A stretch of DNA of 64,000 nucleotides from Heterodontus francisci (taxonomy: Eukaryota), in contig NC_090382.1 in NCBI RefSeq assembly GCF_036365525.1, positions 34,145,298 through 34,209,297 of the forward strand. Direction: 5' to 3'. Numbering within the stretch: the stretch's first letter is position 1; each line of letters begins with the position of its first letter. Both the position numbers and the translations under genes were made by a program. Below are positions 12,501 through 24,500 of this stretch, piece after piece. The notes under the pieces are model-generated. The model made no database searches. It was given only the letters and a program-made list of their open reading frames with translations, and was not told where the DNA came from.

Positions 12501-15500
12501 CCAGTACTCACCAGAGTATGTGTCAAAGTTTGATGTGATCTGTGGTCACATTCCACAGCCTTCCTATTATGAGGGTGCAGTCCTTGGCACAAGGCCTTCG
12601 GAGACCACCGCAGGAGGAGGAGGAAGCAAACAAGGAGGAAGAGGAGACAGGGTGGATGCATCCGAGATGCCTTCACTCTGGTCAGACTCTCTGCAAATGA
12701 GTACTCAGACTCCGGTTCCCATACTGGGCTGGATTTTAAGATCCCACTGCCGATTTTGAGGCAAGCTCAAAAAATGGCAGCCCGTAAGGCAAAGAGCCAC
12801 CACGATCTCCCTCGCAGCGGCTCATTTAAATACCAAGGGTGGCCCACCCACCAATCACGCGGAGGGGGCAGGCTGTCCGCCCCCGGCATTGGCGCAGCTG
12901 CCTGTGCACAGGCACTGGCGCCATTTTTAAAGGGCACCCAGCCATGCCAGCTCATTTAAACTTTTATATAAGTATGCCCCAAAAGATATGTAATAAATTT
13001 CTAACACCCCTTTCCCACCCCCAATAACATTTACGTTAATAATTTGCGCTTTCCCCACAAAACAATTACCTTTTAAATTTGACTTCCCCCCCTCAAGACT
13101 GCACAAAGTTTCATGTTCACCCCTTCCCACCATCCCCTACACCCATTATGTTTATTTGATCCCATCTCTCCCCTCCCCTACGGAAAGTATTAACTCCTCC
13201 CCCCTCCCCACCAATGTCACGCCGCCTTTCCCTGGGTGGGGAATTGAAGACGTGGGAATGCTGGCCGCTGCGCCGAAGATCACGGCGGGCCCAGCAGATT
13301 GCAGGTAAGTCCATTTAAATGTATTCATTTTATTAATTTGAATATTTAAATTCAGGTCCCGTCGCCCAGTGGCAGGGGGGCCGCCACGGAGCCTCGCCAC
13401 CACCGGGAGGATCGGTCCGGCCTCTCTTGGCATCAAAGTCCGTGGCGGGCCTCTTCCAGACCCATCTTCAGGCCTCCCCTGCCACAAATCATAATGCCAG
13501 GGGGACAATAAGATTCAGCACACTGATCCTGTCTCTATATTACCCGCTAAAGTCCATGCAGTGCCAGTATCTGAGCTAGCAGCTGCAATTGCCAAGTCAA
13601 GTGACAGTGCTTCGGTTGCAGCTCTCGCCCATCCTCATGAGGGTGCAATGGCAGACCAGGCAGTAGTTCTTGGGTATCTGAAAGCAGAAAAGCAGATTGG
13701 GAGTGTTGGGGTGAGAGAAGGGTGGGTGGAGTGGAAAGCAAGAGGTCCCTGATCACACCATCTGCATTAAACTTCATGTCAGATAGCAGGGTAAGGGTGA
13801 GGTGGGTTTTGAGAAAGGGAAAAAGGCAGGAACATATCAGCATCCCGAATGTTCTCGGCACATCGGATGAAATGGCCTCAGTCGCAGCCATGCCCATGAT
13901 GCAGAGCACTAACTCCTCCAGAGGGCTCAGGTAGTGCAGCATTGCCTGTGCCCTGCTGGTTCTATGCTTCTCCCTGCAATTAGGGGCCACCTTATCCTGA
14001 AAGATAGATGGATGTTGGGATGATGTGCCTGCCAAAGCTGAATAACTAGAGGTATATGGAAGCAGTGAGAGGTGGGTGTATGGCTGGCAGCATTGGTACA
14101 TGAGTGAGGGTGAGGTGGAGTGTCTGAAAGTTCAGCATCAGTCCTGATTGCTAGAGATTGCTGATGAGTGGGTGATTGGCGTGTGGTGCATTGAGCAGTG
14201 TGAGAGGTTAACGGTGCAATGGGTAGGAGATGTCATTTTAATGATGTATTCACTGACCTTGTAAGGTCATTGGTCTTCTTGCGGTACTGCAGTCAGATCT
14301 TTGGGGCCAGACTCTGGGAATTGACCTCCCTGTCAACCTGATCCCATTCCCTTCTCAGGGTGTACCTTGAGGGTCTCCTGGCTCCCTGCAGAAACATGGC
14401 ATCTCTCCTCCTTTCCACCTCCATCACTATTACCTCCAGCATGCATTCAAAATCCTGGGAGCTGCTCTCTGACCTGTTGCTCCATTATCCTTCCAGCTAA
14501 GTCTTCCAGAGACAGTTGCAGCAGCTTCTGTTAAAAGCTTACAGCTCCCCTTTAACAGGGGCAGACTGCCATTAAGAGGTCCAGGCTAGCTGTGTACCAT
14601 GTCAGCTATGCATGCACCTGGAGCCCCTGCTTAGCATGCAGCCAGTCAGCAGTGTATTTCACGCTGGGCTACGTCATTTGTTGAGCACTGTCTGCCTCAC
14701 AGGGTAATCAGGCATCGTGATCCCCGCATCCAATAGCAGGCCTAATTCAATTTTTCCCCCCTACAACTCTGAAGATGGGCAGAGTCGACATGACAAACTG
14801 ATGTGATTTTCTAGCATCAATTTACTTTTGTATCACTGCAAGATGGGTGATTTAAATAGGCAGCTGTAACCCAAGGGTGTAGGCATGAGATAGCCCATCC
14901 TGGCACAATTTGGGTTAAATACTCATGTCAAGATGTGCAGGAGGCAACATGATGCTATCCATATGTAGGGGAGATGGTGGCATAGTGGTAATGTCATTGG
15001 ACTAGTCATCCAGAGGCCCAGGCTAATGCTCTGTGGCCACAGGTTCAAATCCCACCACAAGAGATGGTGGAATTTAAATTCAATTAATTAATAAAAATAT
15101 AGTCTGGAATTGAATAGTGCTACTATGAAATGATCATCAATTGTAAAAATGCATTGGGTTCACTAATGTCCTTTAGGGAAGGAAATCTGCCATCCTTACC
15201 TGGTCTGACCTACATGTGACTCCAGACCCACAGCAATGTGGTTGACGCTTAACTGTCAGCAAGCCACTCAGTTGTCAAGGGCAACTTGGGATGAGCAATA
15301 AATGCTGGCCTTGCCAGCGACACCCACATCCTATGAACTTTTTAAAATATTGAATTGTACTTGTAAACTTCCCAAAGGACTCAGCCTGGGAATGTACCAT
15401 ATCCTATGGCAGCAGGGAGACAGATTCCTGGCAGAAGCTGACTGAACTGATTTCAAACATTCCCATAGTGAGTTGGGGCAATGGCTTCACTATCAAAGGT

Positions 15501-18500
15501 TAAGAAGAAAAACAATAGCCAGGGTTCCCATTCCCAACTGCTGTTCAGTTAGTCCTGTGAAAGTGTATGTATATTGACGGAATTGGATACTGTTCTGAAT
15601 ACCCTTCCTGTCAATGGTCTGCCAGTGCCCAAGATCCAGGCTCACAAGTGGAAAGAGAGAGTTGATCAGCTACTGGAGGGCTGTCAGACCATGGAGAACC
15701 ATACATATGTGAAGAGTACATAGAAAAGTGAGCCTCCAGGACTGGAACATTTTCATGTTGCTTCAGTAACTGCCTCCTGCCAGCAGGTCACAGCAGAACC
15801 TGAGTACTGCAAAATATAGCAGTCCACTACTTACTCTGCATTCAACCAATTTAAATTTTTTGGAACTTTATACTGGCATATATTACAGGCAGATGAATGG
15901 AAAATTCCAAAAAGGACTAACAGAATCAGACTTTGCCTCAAAGTCAGAAGATTGTGGGTTCCTCACTCTAGTGAAATTGGGCCTCGTTGCACCTGTATTA
16001 TGGGCCTAATAGGGGTACAGGGGTCAGCAACATATCCATACACAGACACCAGTGGTCGTCGTAAAAGTTTTTGACAGCTGTGACTGGTAATTTCAGGGAT
16101 GAGAAATTTCCCATTGGCTTCTTCTTTCTGACCAGACTCGCTTTTTAAAAAAGAAAATCGCAAGTGTCAGTTTCACAGTTGAATTGGAATTTCTAAGCTC
16201 AGATCATTATCTAATGTTCATTAACACTACTTTCCATATTCACAGCTGACAGGTGCTAAAAGTGGGATCAGCAGTTTCTGGACTTTGGACAGATTCGAGG
16301 TTTCCTGGCGGGCTTTTAAAAAATTCGGAACCTGCTGGAAAACGCCAAATCTGTTTGAAGTTCAGAAACCGCTTTTTTCAATCTCAGCAATGATCAGAGA
16401 GAGTGAGAGAGGGACGGCAAGGGCAGAGAGAGAGGGGCAGAGGGAGAGAGGACAGAGAGAGAGAGGGCAGAGAGAGAGAAGCGAGAGCAGGAGGAGAGGT
16501 GGGGTGCAGAGAGAAAGAAATTATCTCACCGGTCCCCATGTAAGACAAAAATTGGAATGTGGCCCTCCAAGTGAAAAGGTTGGACACCCCTACTCCAAGC
16601 CTTTAATCTAAAGTTTTTAAATAACCTAGCAGCTAGGTAATTTTAAAACACAAGTCTAAAGGCTTGAGTTATGTAAACTCATTTTAAAATGGCAAAAGTC
16701 ACTTAGGGAATGTCTCTCTTGCTACACTCTGGCACGCATTACTTTCACTTGGGACACAAGTTCAGTGACATGTTTAAAGTTGCTGGACTTTTACTTCTAT
16801 ATAAATGTCCGCTGCATCCATTTGGAATCACATTGTCCCAGAACTTGTATTGAGGGGAAAACAGACAAGAAAATCCAAGGAAGCTCCAGAAGTCAGCACT
16901 ATATGTTCCTCATGAATGCAACAGTGAGGTGTAATGGGGCTGAGCAATATTGGCAAAAATAGGATGCTGCTGACCCCTATATAATAGGTAGTAAATACAA
17001 TGTAACAGATAGCTTTAATAAACCTTAACCTATGATGAACTGTCTACTATTCTGCAACAAAATCCATGCTGTATTTGCAGTTTTAAAAACTATCAGGAAA
17101 GACATAGCAGAAGTGTATTATGTTTCAGTGGACATGTTAGAAACAGTCATTGACTGATTTTGTTTTGCTGTGAATTGTATTAAAGGACAAGTGGGCGGCA
17201 CAGTGGCGCAGTGGTTAGCACCGTAGCCTCACAGCTCCAGTGACCCAGGTTCAATTCTAGGTACTGCCTGTGTGGAGTTTGCAAGTTCTCCCTGTGTCTG
17301 CGTGGGTTTCCTCCGGGTGCTCCGGTTTCCTCCCACATGCCAAAGACTTGCAGGTTGATAGGTTAATTTGCCATTATAAATTGCCCCTAGTATAGGTAGG
17401 TGGTAGGGAAATATAGGGACAGGTGGGGATGTGGTAGGAATATGGAATTAGTGTAGGATTAGTATAAATGGGTGGTTGATGGTCGGCACAGACTCGGTGG
17501 GCCGAAGGGCCTGTTTCAGTGCTGTATCTCTAAACTAAACTAAACATAATGTCAAAGAAGAGTAACTGCATGTGCATCATTTACTATCATGTGCATGTGC
17601 ATGTGCATCATTTACTATGTGGTTAGCACCGCAGCCTCACAGCTCCAGGGACCCGGGTTCGATTCCGGGTACTGCCTGTGTGGAGTTTGCAAGTTCTCCC
17701 TGTGTCTGCGTGGGTTTTCTCCGGGTGCTCCGGTTTCCTCCCACAAGCCAAAAAAAGACTTGCAGGTTGATAGGTAAATTGGCCATTATAAATTGTCACC
17801 AGTATAGGTAGGTGGTAGGGAAATATAGGGACAGGTGGGGATGTTTGTTGGGAATATGGGATTAGTGTAGGATTAGTATAAATGGGTGGTTGATGTTCGG
17901 CACAGACTCGGTGGGCCGAAGGGCCTGTTTCAGTGCTGTATCTCTAATCTAATCTAATCTATCCAGTTTGAGGGCAGATAACCTGAGTGACCAATGTCAT
18001 TTACAAGTTGTCTATATCGTATAATTACATTACATTAAAAGTGTACCTTTGCTAACAGGTAAGAGATTTGGCTTGGACATAAATTGGTTAATCTGGAGTG
18101 CAATCTTACAGGTAGTGACTAAAAATTCTGCAACTGAATAATACATGCAGTAACAACTGCTCAACCTTTTGCAGAAAAGCTTTTTGTTAATAATTACCTT
18201 GTCAGAGCTGAATCGGAACCAATACTGAAAGACTGAGATTATAGACATAAGTGAATTTAAGAAAATCGCTTTATTGGAGGAACTGAAGGGCGCTCTTTAT
18301 TTGTAATTGTGTGTATCTAATTTTTTCACTAGCTTTGGTGAATAAATGACATTTTGTCCATGAGAGATGCTGTTGTTTCTGTATTTTAGAATCCAGGACC
18401 TAGTTCAACAGAATGTCAAGATGAATAAACTAGTCTTGGCTATCTACCATTAATCTCTCTGTCCCTTCCTGTCCCACTATGTTTTTCTCTTTTATTTGAC

Positions 18501-21500
18501 TCTCCTGAAGTACTATCTGCTCCATCCTATAAAATTCTCCTGCTTTGGAGATCACTGCCCTTTTATTGGATGCCCTGTCTTCGGACACATATTGCAAACA
18601 GGTGGAGAAGTTGCACAAACCTTAACCTTCATGGTTTGATTGTCTTGTGACAACAGCAGTGTGAGAAATGGTCTGTCTTTCTGTTGCTGATTTTCCTACC
18701 GCCTTGCCTCATAACCACAATAACAATCCTCTCCTTGAGTTTCATGGTTTATTAGATGAATTTGTACTCCTGACACAGTGTGAATCCACAGAGGTCATAC
18801 AAAAAGGTCCATCTACCACCCCGTGCTATGATGTAGCTAGCTCTAATGTTAACAAAAGAATTTGCATTGGCATTGCATACTATTTTGCTTGCTAGCTAGC
18901 TAATACAGTTGTGCTGCTCTCCATTGATGTTTTTATGCTTAGCTATTTTATCTATAGGGAGAAATATGTTTTAAATTGGACTGTGTTTTGATGGTATTAG
19001 ATTGGCTATAAACTTTATATACAGCTTAATTGCCCCCATGTCCGTGGCAGAATCAATAATTTTGTTTAATGTCCGCAGATGTTGGTGCCTATCCCTGTTT
19101 GGGCACAAAATTGGATTTTTGGGATCCTCTGTCCCAAAAGTGCCAGCCCTGACCTTGTTTAATAATGAGGGGCGTAGCAAAGGTTTTAGGGTTCCTCTGC
19201 CAAATTAGGTTGCCCCGTGCAGAGCAGTTGTCAAGTGTGGATGTGGCCTCGCCAGCAGCCACCACCAAAAAGGTAAGCATAATCCTCTTGATTCCCCACT
19301 TCCAGGACTTACCTGAGGTCTGCTGCCAGTGAGGCAGTTGGCCTAAAATTGGATTTCCAATTGAACTAACTGTCTGCAGAAAAACAACAAGTGCTCACCA
19401 CAAATATGTAGATAAGGCCAGAGAACAAAACTGCAGCAAACCTTCAGCCTGCATCTATTCCCGAATAATCTACTTCAGAACTGTTCCAAACTACTTTCTA
19501 ATCTAGGCTGACATTTCAGTGTAGTATGTGAGAGTGTGCTGCACTGTTTCATTTGAGACATGTAACTGAGGCGCTCTCTGCTCTCCCAGAGTTGATGTAA
19601 AAGATTTCATGGCACCATTTGACAAAAAACAGGGTGTTTGCCCAGTGCCCTGGCCAAGATTTATTCCTCAGCCACCAAAAACAAATTCTACCAATAAAGC
19701 CATGCTGATGCACCTCAAGGTATATCTGACACATCTTCACTTTGTCAGGCGAATTCTCTGGTGCCGCACAGAACCAAAAGCAATTATGAAAATCCTGTTT
19801 TTTTCACACTGCTGCAGAATGGGTTTGCATTGCCAGTGAGCTTAATGTTAGTATTAGTTGTGCGTCAGCTGTGTTTCAGTGGTTGCACTCTTGCCTTTGA
19901 GTTAGTCGATTGTGGTTTCGAACCCCCCTCTAGGGACTTGAGCACAAAGTCTAGGCTGGTACTTCAATGAAGTACTGAGCAAGTGTTGTGCCTATTTTTA
20001 GATGAAATGTTAAACCAAAACCCTGCCTATCCTCTGAGGTGGACACAAAAGATCCGATGACACAATTGGAAGAAGAGCAGAGGAGTTATCCCTTGTGTCC
20101 TGACCAATATTTATCCTTCATCCAACATACCAAGATAGCTCTCATTGTTGTTTCTGGGAGCTTGCTGTGTACAAATTGGCCACTGCATTTCCTATATTAC
20201 ATCAGTAACTCGTCTTCAAAAGTACTTCATTGGCTGTCAAGCACTTTGGGACGTCCTGAGGATGTGAACAGGGCAATGTAAATGCAAGTCTTTCATTTGT
20301 TTCTTCTTATTGCTGCTGAAAAATTGTACCTATTCTTCAAAGTTCCCTTTATCACTAATGGTCAAACAATAACATTACAGACAGTGAAGCTTAGACTGAA
20401 ACATCAACATTGAGCCCTCACTGACAGAAAGAAGAAAAATGACAAGGGCCTTCTTATTTTCTTCGACAGCACCTTCCAAACCCATGACCTCTACCACCTA
20501 GAAGGACAAGGGCAGCAGATGCATGGGAACACCACCACCTGCAAGTTCCCCTCCAAGTCACACACCATCCTGACTTGGAACTATATCACCGTTCCGTCAC
20601 TGTTGCTGGGTCAAAATCCTGGAACTCCCTGCCTAACAGCACTGTGGGTGTACCCGCACCAAATGGACTGCAGTGGTTCAAGAAGGCAGCTCACCACCAC
20701 CTTCTCAAGGGCAGTTAGAGATGGGCAAAAATTCTGGCCTTGCTAGCGATGCCCACATCCCATGAATGAATTTTTTTTTTAATTCTGGAAAGTATAGCGT
20801 CTGTTTGACAGTACTTGGCACTTTCAGTGTTGGCTGTGCTGGTCTATGACCAAAATTATACCAGGATACCCAGCTGGAGAATATGGAAGCAGAATAAATA
20901 AGCAGTAAAAATGTGAAAATTCATGAATCGCTCTTTTACTCCAGGGCATACGAGCTCGGGACAGGCTGCATCAATACTTTGAAAAGGTCATAGAGGATAT
21001 GCTTCAGTCTAGTTCCTACAAAGAGTACTCAACTGCCCTCAGCATCCTGATAAACAGCAGCAAAGAACATGGAACGGAGATGAGCATACAGGAACTGAAG
21101 GTAAGAATTAATGAACTTGAAAGCCAAAGTTCATAGTCAGATTCTTTTTTAGGGGAAGTGGAGGAGATTTTGATCTCATCAAGAGCAGATGATACAAAAC
21201 ATGGAAGCATTGTGAACTGTGAGGAGGATAGTGTCCAAAAGTACATAGACAAGTTGGTGGAATGGGTAGACAGGTGGCAATTGAAGTTCAATGCAGAGAA
21301 ATGTGAAGTGATTCATTTTTGCAGGAAGAACATGGAAGGACAATATAGAATTAAGGGTACAATTCTAAAGGGGTGCAGGAGCAAAGGGAACTAGATGTAT
21401 ATGTGCATAATTGAAGGTGGCAGAACAGGCTGAGAAGGAGGTTAATAAAGCATATTGTTACGACCAGGTGAGAAAGGGGTCTAAGCTTCCCTCTCAGTCT

Positions 21501-24500
21501 TCACCTGGTCTTACCGTAACAGGGTTTTAATTTTAAACACACTATATTTTTAGTTCCCGCTTGGTGAATCCCTGTTCATCGCTTTCCAATTATAAGGCAA
21601 AGAAACCAGCACAAACCGGTTTTCTTAGGTTTAAAGAAGAAAGGTTGAAATTTATTAAACTTCAACTTAAATGCTAATTTCGTTAATGCCCATGGATACA
21701 CAGCACGACCATGCTAGCATGCAAAGGCGATGCACACATGCAGATAGAGACAGAACAGAGCAGAAGAAATAAAGTGGAAAAGTTTGAGGCAATATCTGAA
21801 GAGGGTTTTTGTTATGGATCTTGGAGCTCACTGTAAAGTCCTTGATTGTAGGTAGATCTTGCTTTTCGTTATGGCCCAGTATTCTTCTTAAACCATGTTC
21901 GCTGAAGGAGGCTTTTCTCTCTTGCGGTTCATGCGTCTTCAGTGGATTTGGAGTCCCATGAGAAAGAGATGAAGAGCCAGACAGGAGAGGCTATGGCGAC
22001 CCAGCCAGGAGAGGAGGTCCTTTCAGTTCAGGAGCAAACAGACACTCTGAGTTCAAACTGTTTGTAAAATTCAGCAAAACCCAGGTTGCCAATCAGGATA
22101 GTCATGTGACAAGCTGGTCTGACCATGTCTGTTTGTGGATTCTCTGGTCTTAGCTGACCCTGGAATGTCTCTTCTTAGGCAAAATACCTGGTGCTCAAAG
22201 TCTATTGTGGGTTAAATTGGAGCAGGGAATAGCCCTTTTGTCCTTCAAAGCAGTGGCTGTTGGTATGCAAAAATGTTTTTCCAGCCAAGGGCCTGGTGAT
22301 TTTTTAACAAGCCCTTTCTACACTTCAGCAACAGTTTGAAATTTAATGTCCATATGGCGAAATTAATATGCCTCATTCTTGGCAGGTGGGGGTCTAGCAT
22401 GACAATCCAGTATCCTGGGCTTTATTAATAGGGGCATAGAGTACAAGAGCAAGGAAGCCATGTTGAACTTGTATAAGACACTAGTTCGGCCTCAGCTGAG
22501 TATTGCATCCATTTCTGGGCGCCGCACTTTAGGAAAGATGTACTTGTGGAGACAGTGCAGAAAAGATTCACAAGAATGGTTCCACGGATGAGGAATTTCA
22601 GTTATGAAGATAGATTGAAGAAGTTAGGACTGTTTCCTTGGAAAAGAGAAGGCTGAGAGGTGATTTGGTAGAGGTATTCAAAATCATGAGGGGTCTAGGC
22701 AAAGTAGATAGAGAGAAACTGTTCCCACTCGTGAAAGGATCGAGAACGAGAGGGCACAGATTTAAGGTATTTGTTAAGAGAAGCAGAAGTGATGCGAGGA
22801 AAAACTTTTTCACGCAGCGAGTGGTTGAGGTCTGGAATGTGCTGCCTGAGAACGTGGTGGAGGCAGGTTCAATTGAAGCATTCAAAAAGGAATTAGACAG
22901 TTATATGAAAAGGAAGAATGTGCAGGGTTACAGGGAGAAGGCAGGGGAATGAAACTGAGTGAATTGTTCTTTCAGAGAGCTGGTGTGGACAAATGGGCCG
23001 AATGGCTTCCTTCTGCACTGTAACGATTCTGGATTCTGTGAGGGCAACTTTACCAGGTTAGGAAATAGACATTTTGCACACATTGCCAGAAGATACAGGT
23101 CAAGCCTAACACAGGGGTTACACAGAGGGTAAAGCTGTATCTTCTTTTCTGTCCTTAGATGAATTCCTCCCCCACCATCCCTTGAAGCTATGTGTGATTA
23201 TTAAAAAGTGAAACTCGTACCAACAACAGTTCACATTTGACTCTGTTTCATTTATCCTTGAAAATGAGCAGTGTTCTATCTGGTCCTCTGCCCTGGTTTG
23301 CTCCCAGTAAAGTGAGTGGAATTGATGCAACTCTCACTGAGACAACTGCCTTAACTGCTGCTGTCTAGTGACCTCTACTGGCATAAAACCATTGGATTAT
23401 GTGAACATTTATAAATGAAACCTTTGACGCATTCCTGCTAAAATAAATGGCAGGTTCCACTATTAAGAACAGAAGTGTGCCTATCGATGCATTACAATTT
23501 CAAAGGGGTCAGCTGCCCTCCTGGTGCTGAAAAGTCAGATATTTCATTGCAGGAAGCCATGGTAGAGCTGATGTTCGCCGCCTATGCCACCACTGCCAGC
23601 GCTTCCACTTCCCTTATCCTGCAGCTGATGAAGAATCCAGCCGTCCTTGCCAAGCTGAGGATGCATCTCCAGACCAATGGTTTCTGGCCTGAAAGTAACA
23701 CAAGGGAGGACTTGCTGCATCTTAGTGACGTCACCCATCTGCAGTACCTGGACGGTGTAGTAAAGGAGGTGCTGAGGCTGCTGCCCCCTGTATCTGGAGG
23801 ATATCGGGTGGCACTCCAGACCTTTGAGTTGGGCGTAAGTTGGTTCATTTAAATTTAACTATATTTCCTATTCCTACTGAATAACATCTTTTTTGGGAAT
23901 TATACTGATTTTTGTCTGATAACTCTCCCATGGGAACACGTTACTGTGTTAAAGGTCCAAGTTATTGTTGTTGATTCACAGATGATTGAAACTGGAATTC
24001 AAGTATAACTTGATTTCGTGAGTATTTAGAAAATTTGGAATGTTGATTCTGTGCCATCTCCCTCATTCCTTGACATACAGGGCATGAAAGTGATGTCATT
24101 ACTCTCCACCCATGTTCTCGGCAGTACAAGAGAGCATGACCAGGTTGACTCATCCTTTGAGTTTCTTGCTCTTTCTTCACTCGCCAACTTCCTCCAGTTG
24201 CCTGACCAAAGTCATTAATTGTTTGTGGAGCGTTGTGCCAATAATCAAAATGCTACCATCCCATTAATGACACTTGGTGCCTCCAAGATCTTTTTTCATT
24301 ATGTTTCATCAAGGTATCACAATCTCTTAAAGTATGTCCACTTCATACAGAGAGTATTACTGTGTTCACTAAAATAAGCTGAATGCATTTAGCAGAATTC
24401 ACCATCCCTGAGTTTAGCATTCTGTTCACATTGTTAACTGGGAGTTGTAGCTAATTCAAATTCTTAATTTGCTGGTGAACAGGAAGAGAACAGAATCATA

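Larger units (their letters stand above)
5112..14762 (+). mobile_element. Degenerate PIF/Harbinger transposon hosting several younger insertions (ends approximate)
   Basis: + strand DDE nuclease remnants ([28 protein letters not shown]) at about 7750-8161 and 12000-12700; convergent - strand Myb/SANT-like partner remnants (QYRKKTNDL near 14260-14290; [13 protein letters not shown] in ORF 13547..14101). Confidence 0.7.

Noticed and set aside
16285-16611. 108-aa Arg/Glu-rich ORF
   Set aside because: Produced by an (AG)n microsatellite.
17193-17270. tRNA genes at SINE heads
   Set aside because: A/B boxes continue straight into SINE bodies in every copy; these are tRNA-derived heads, not tRNA genes.
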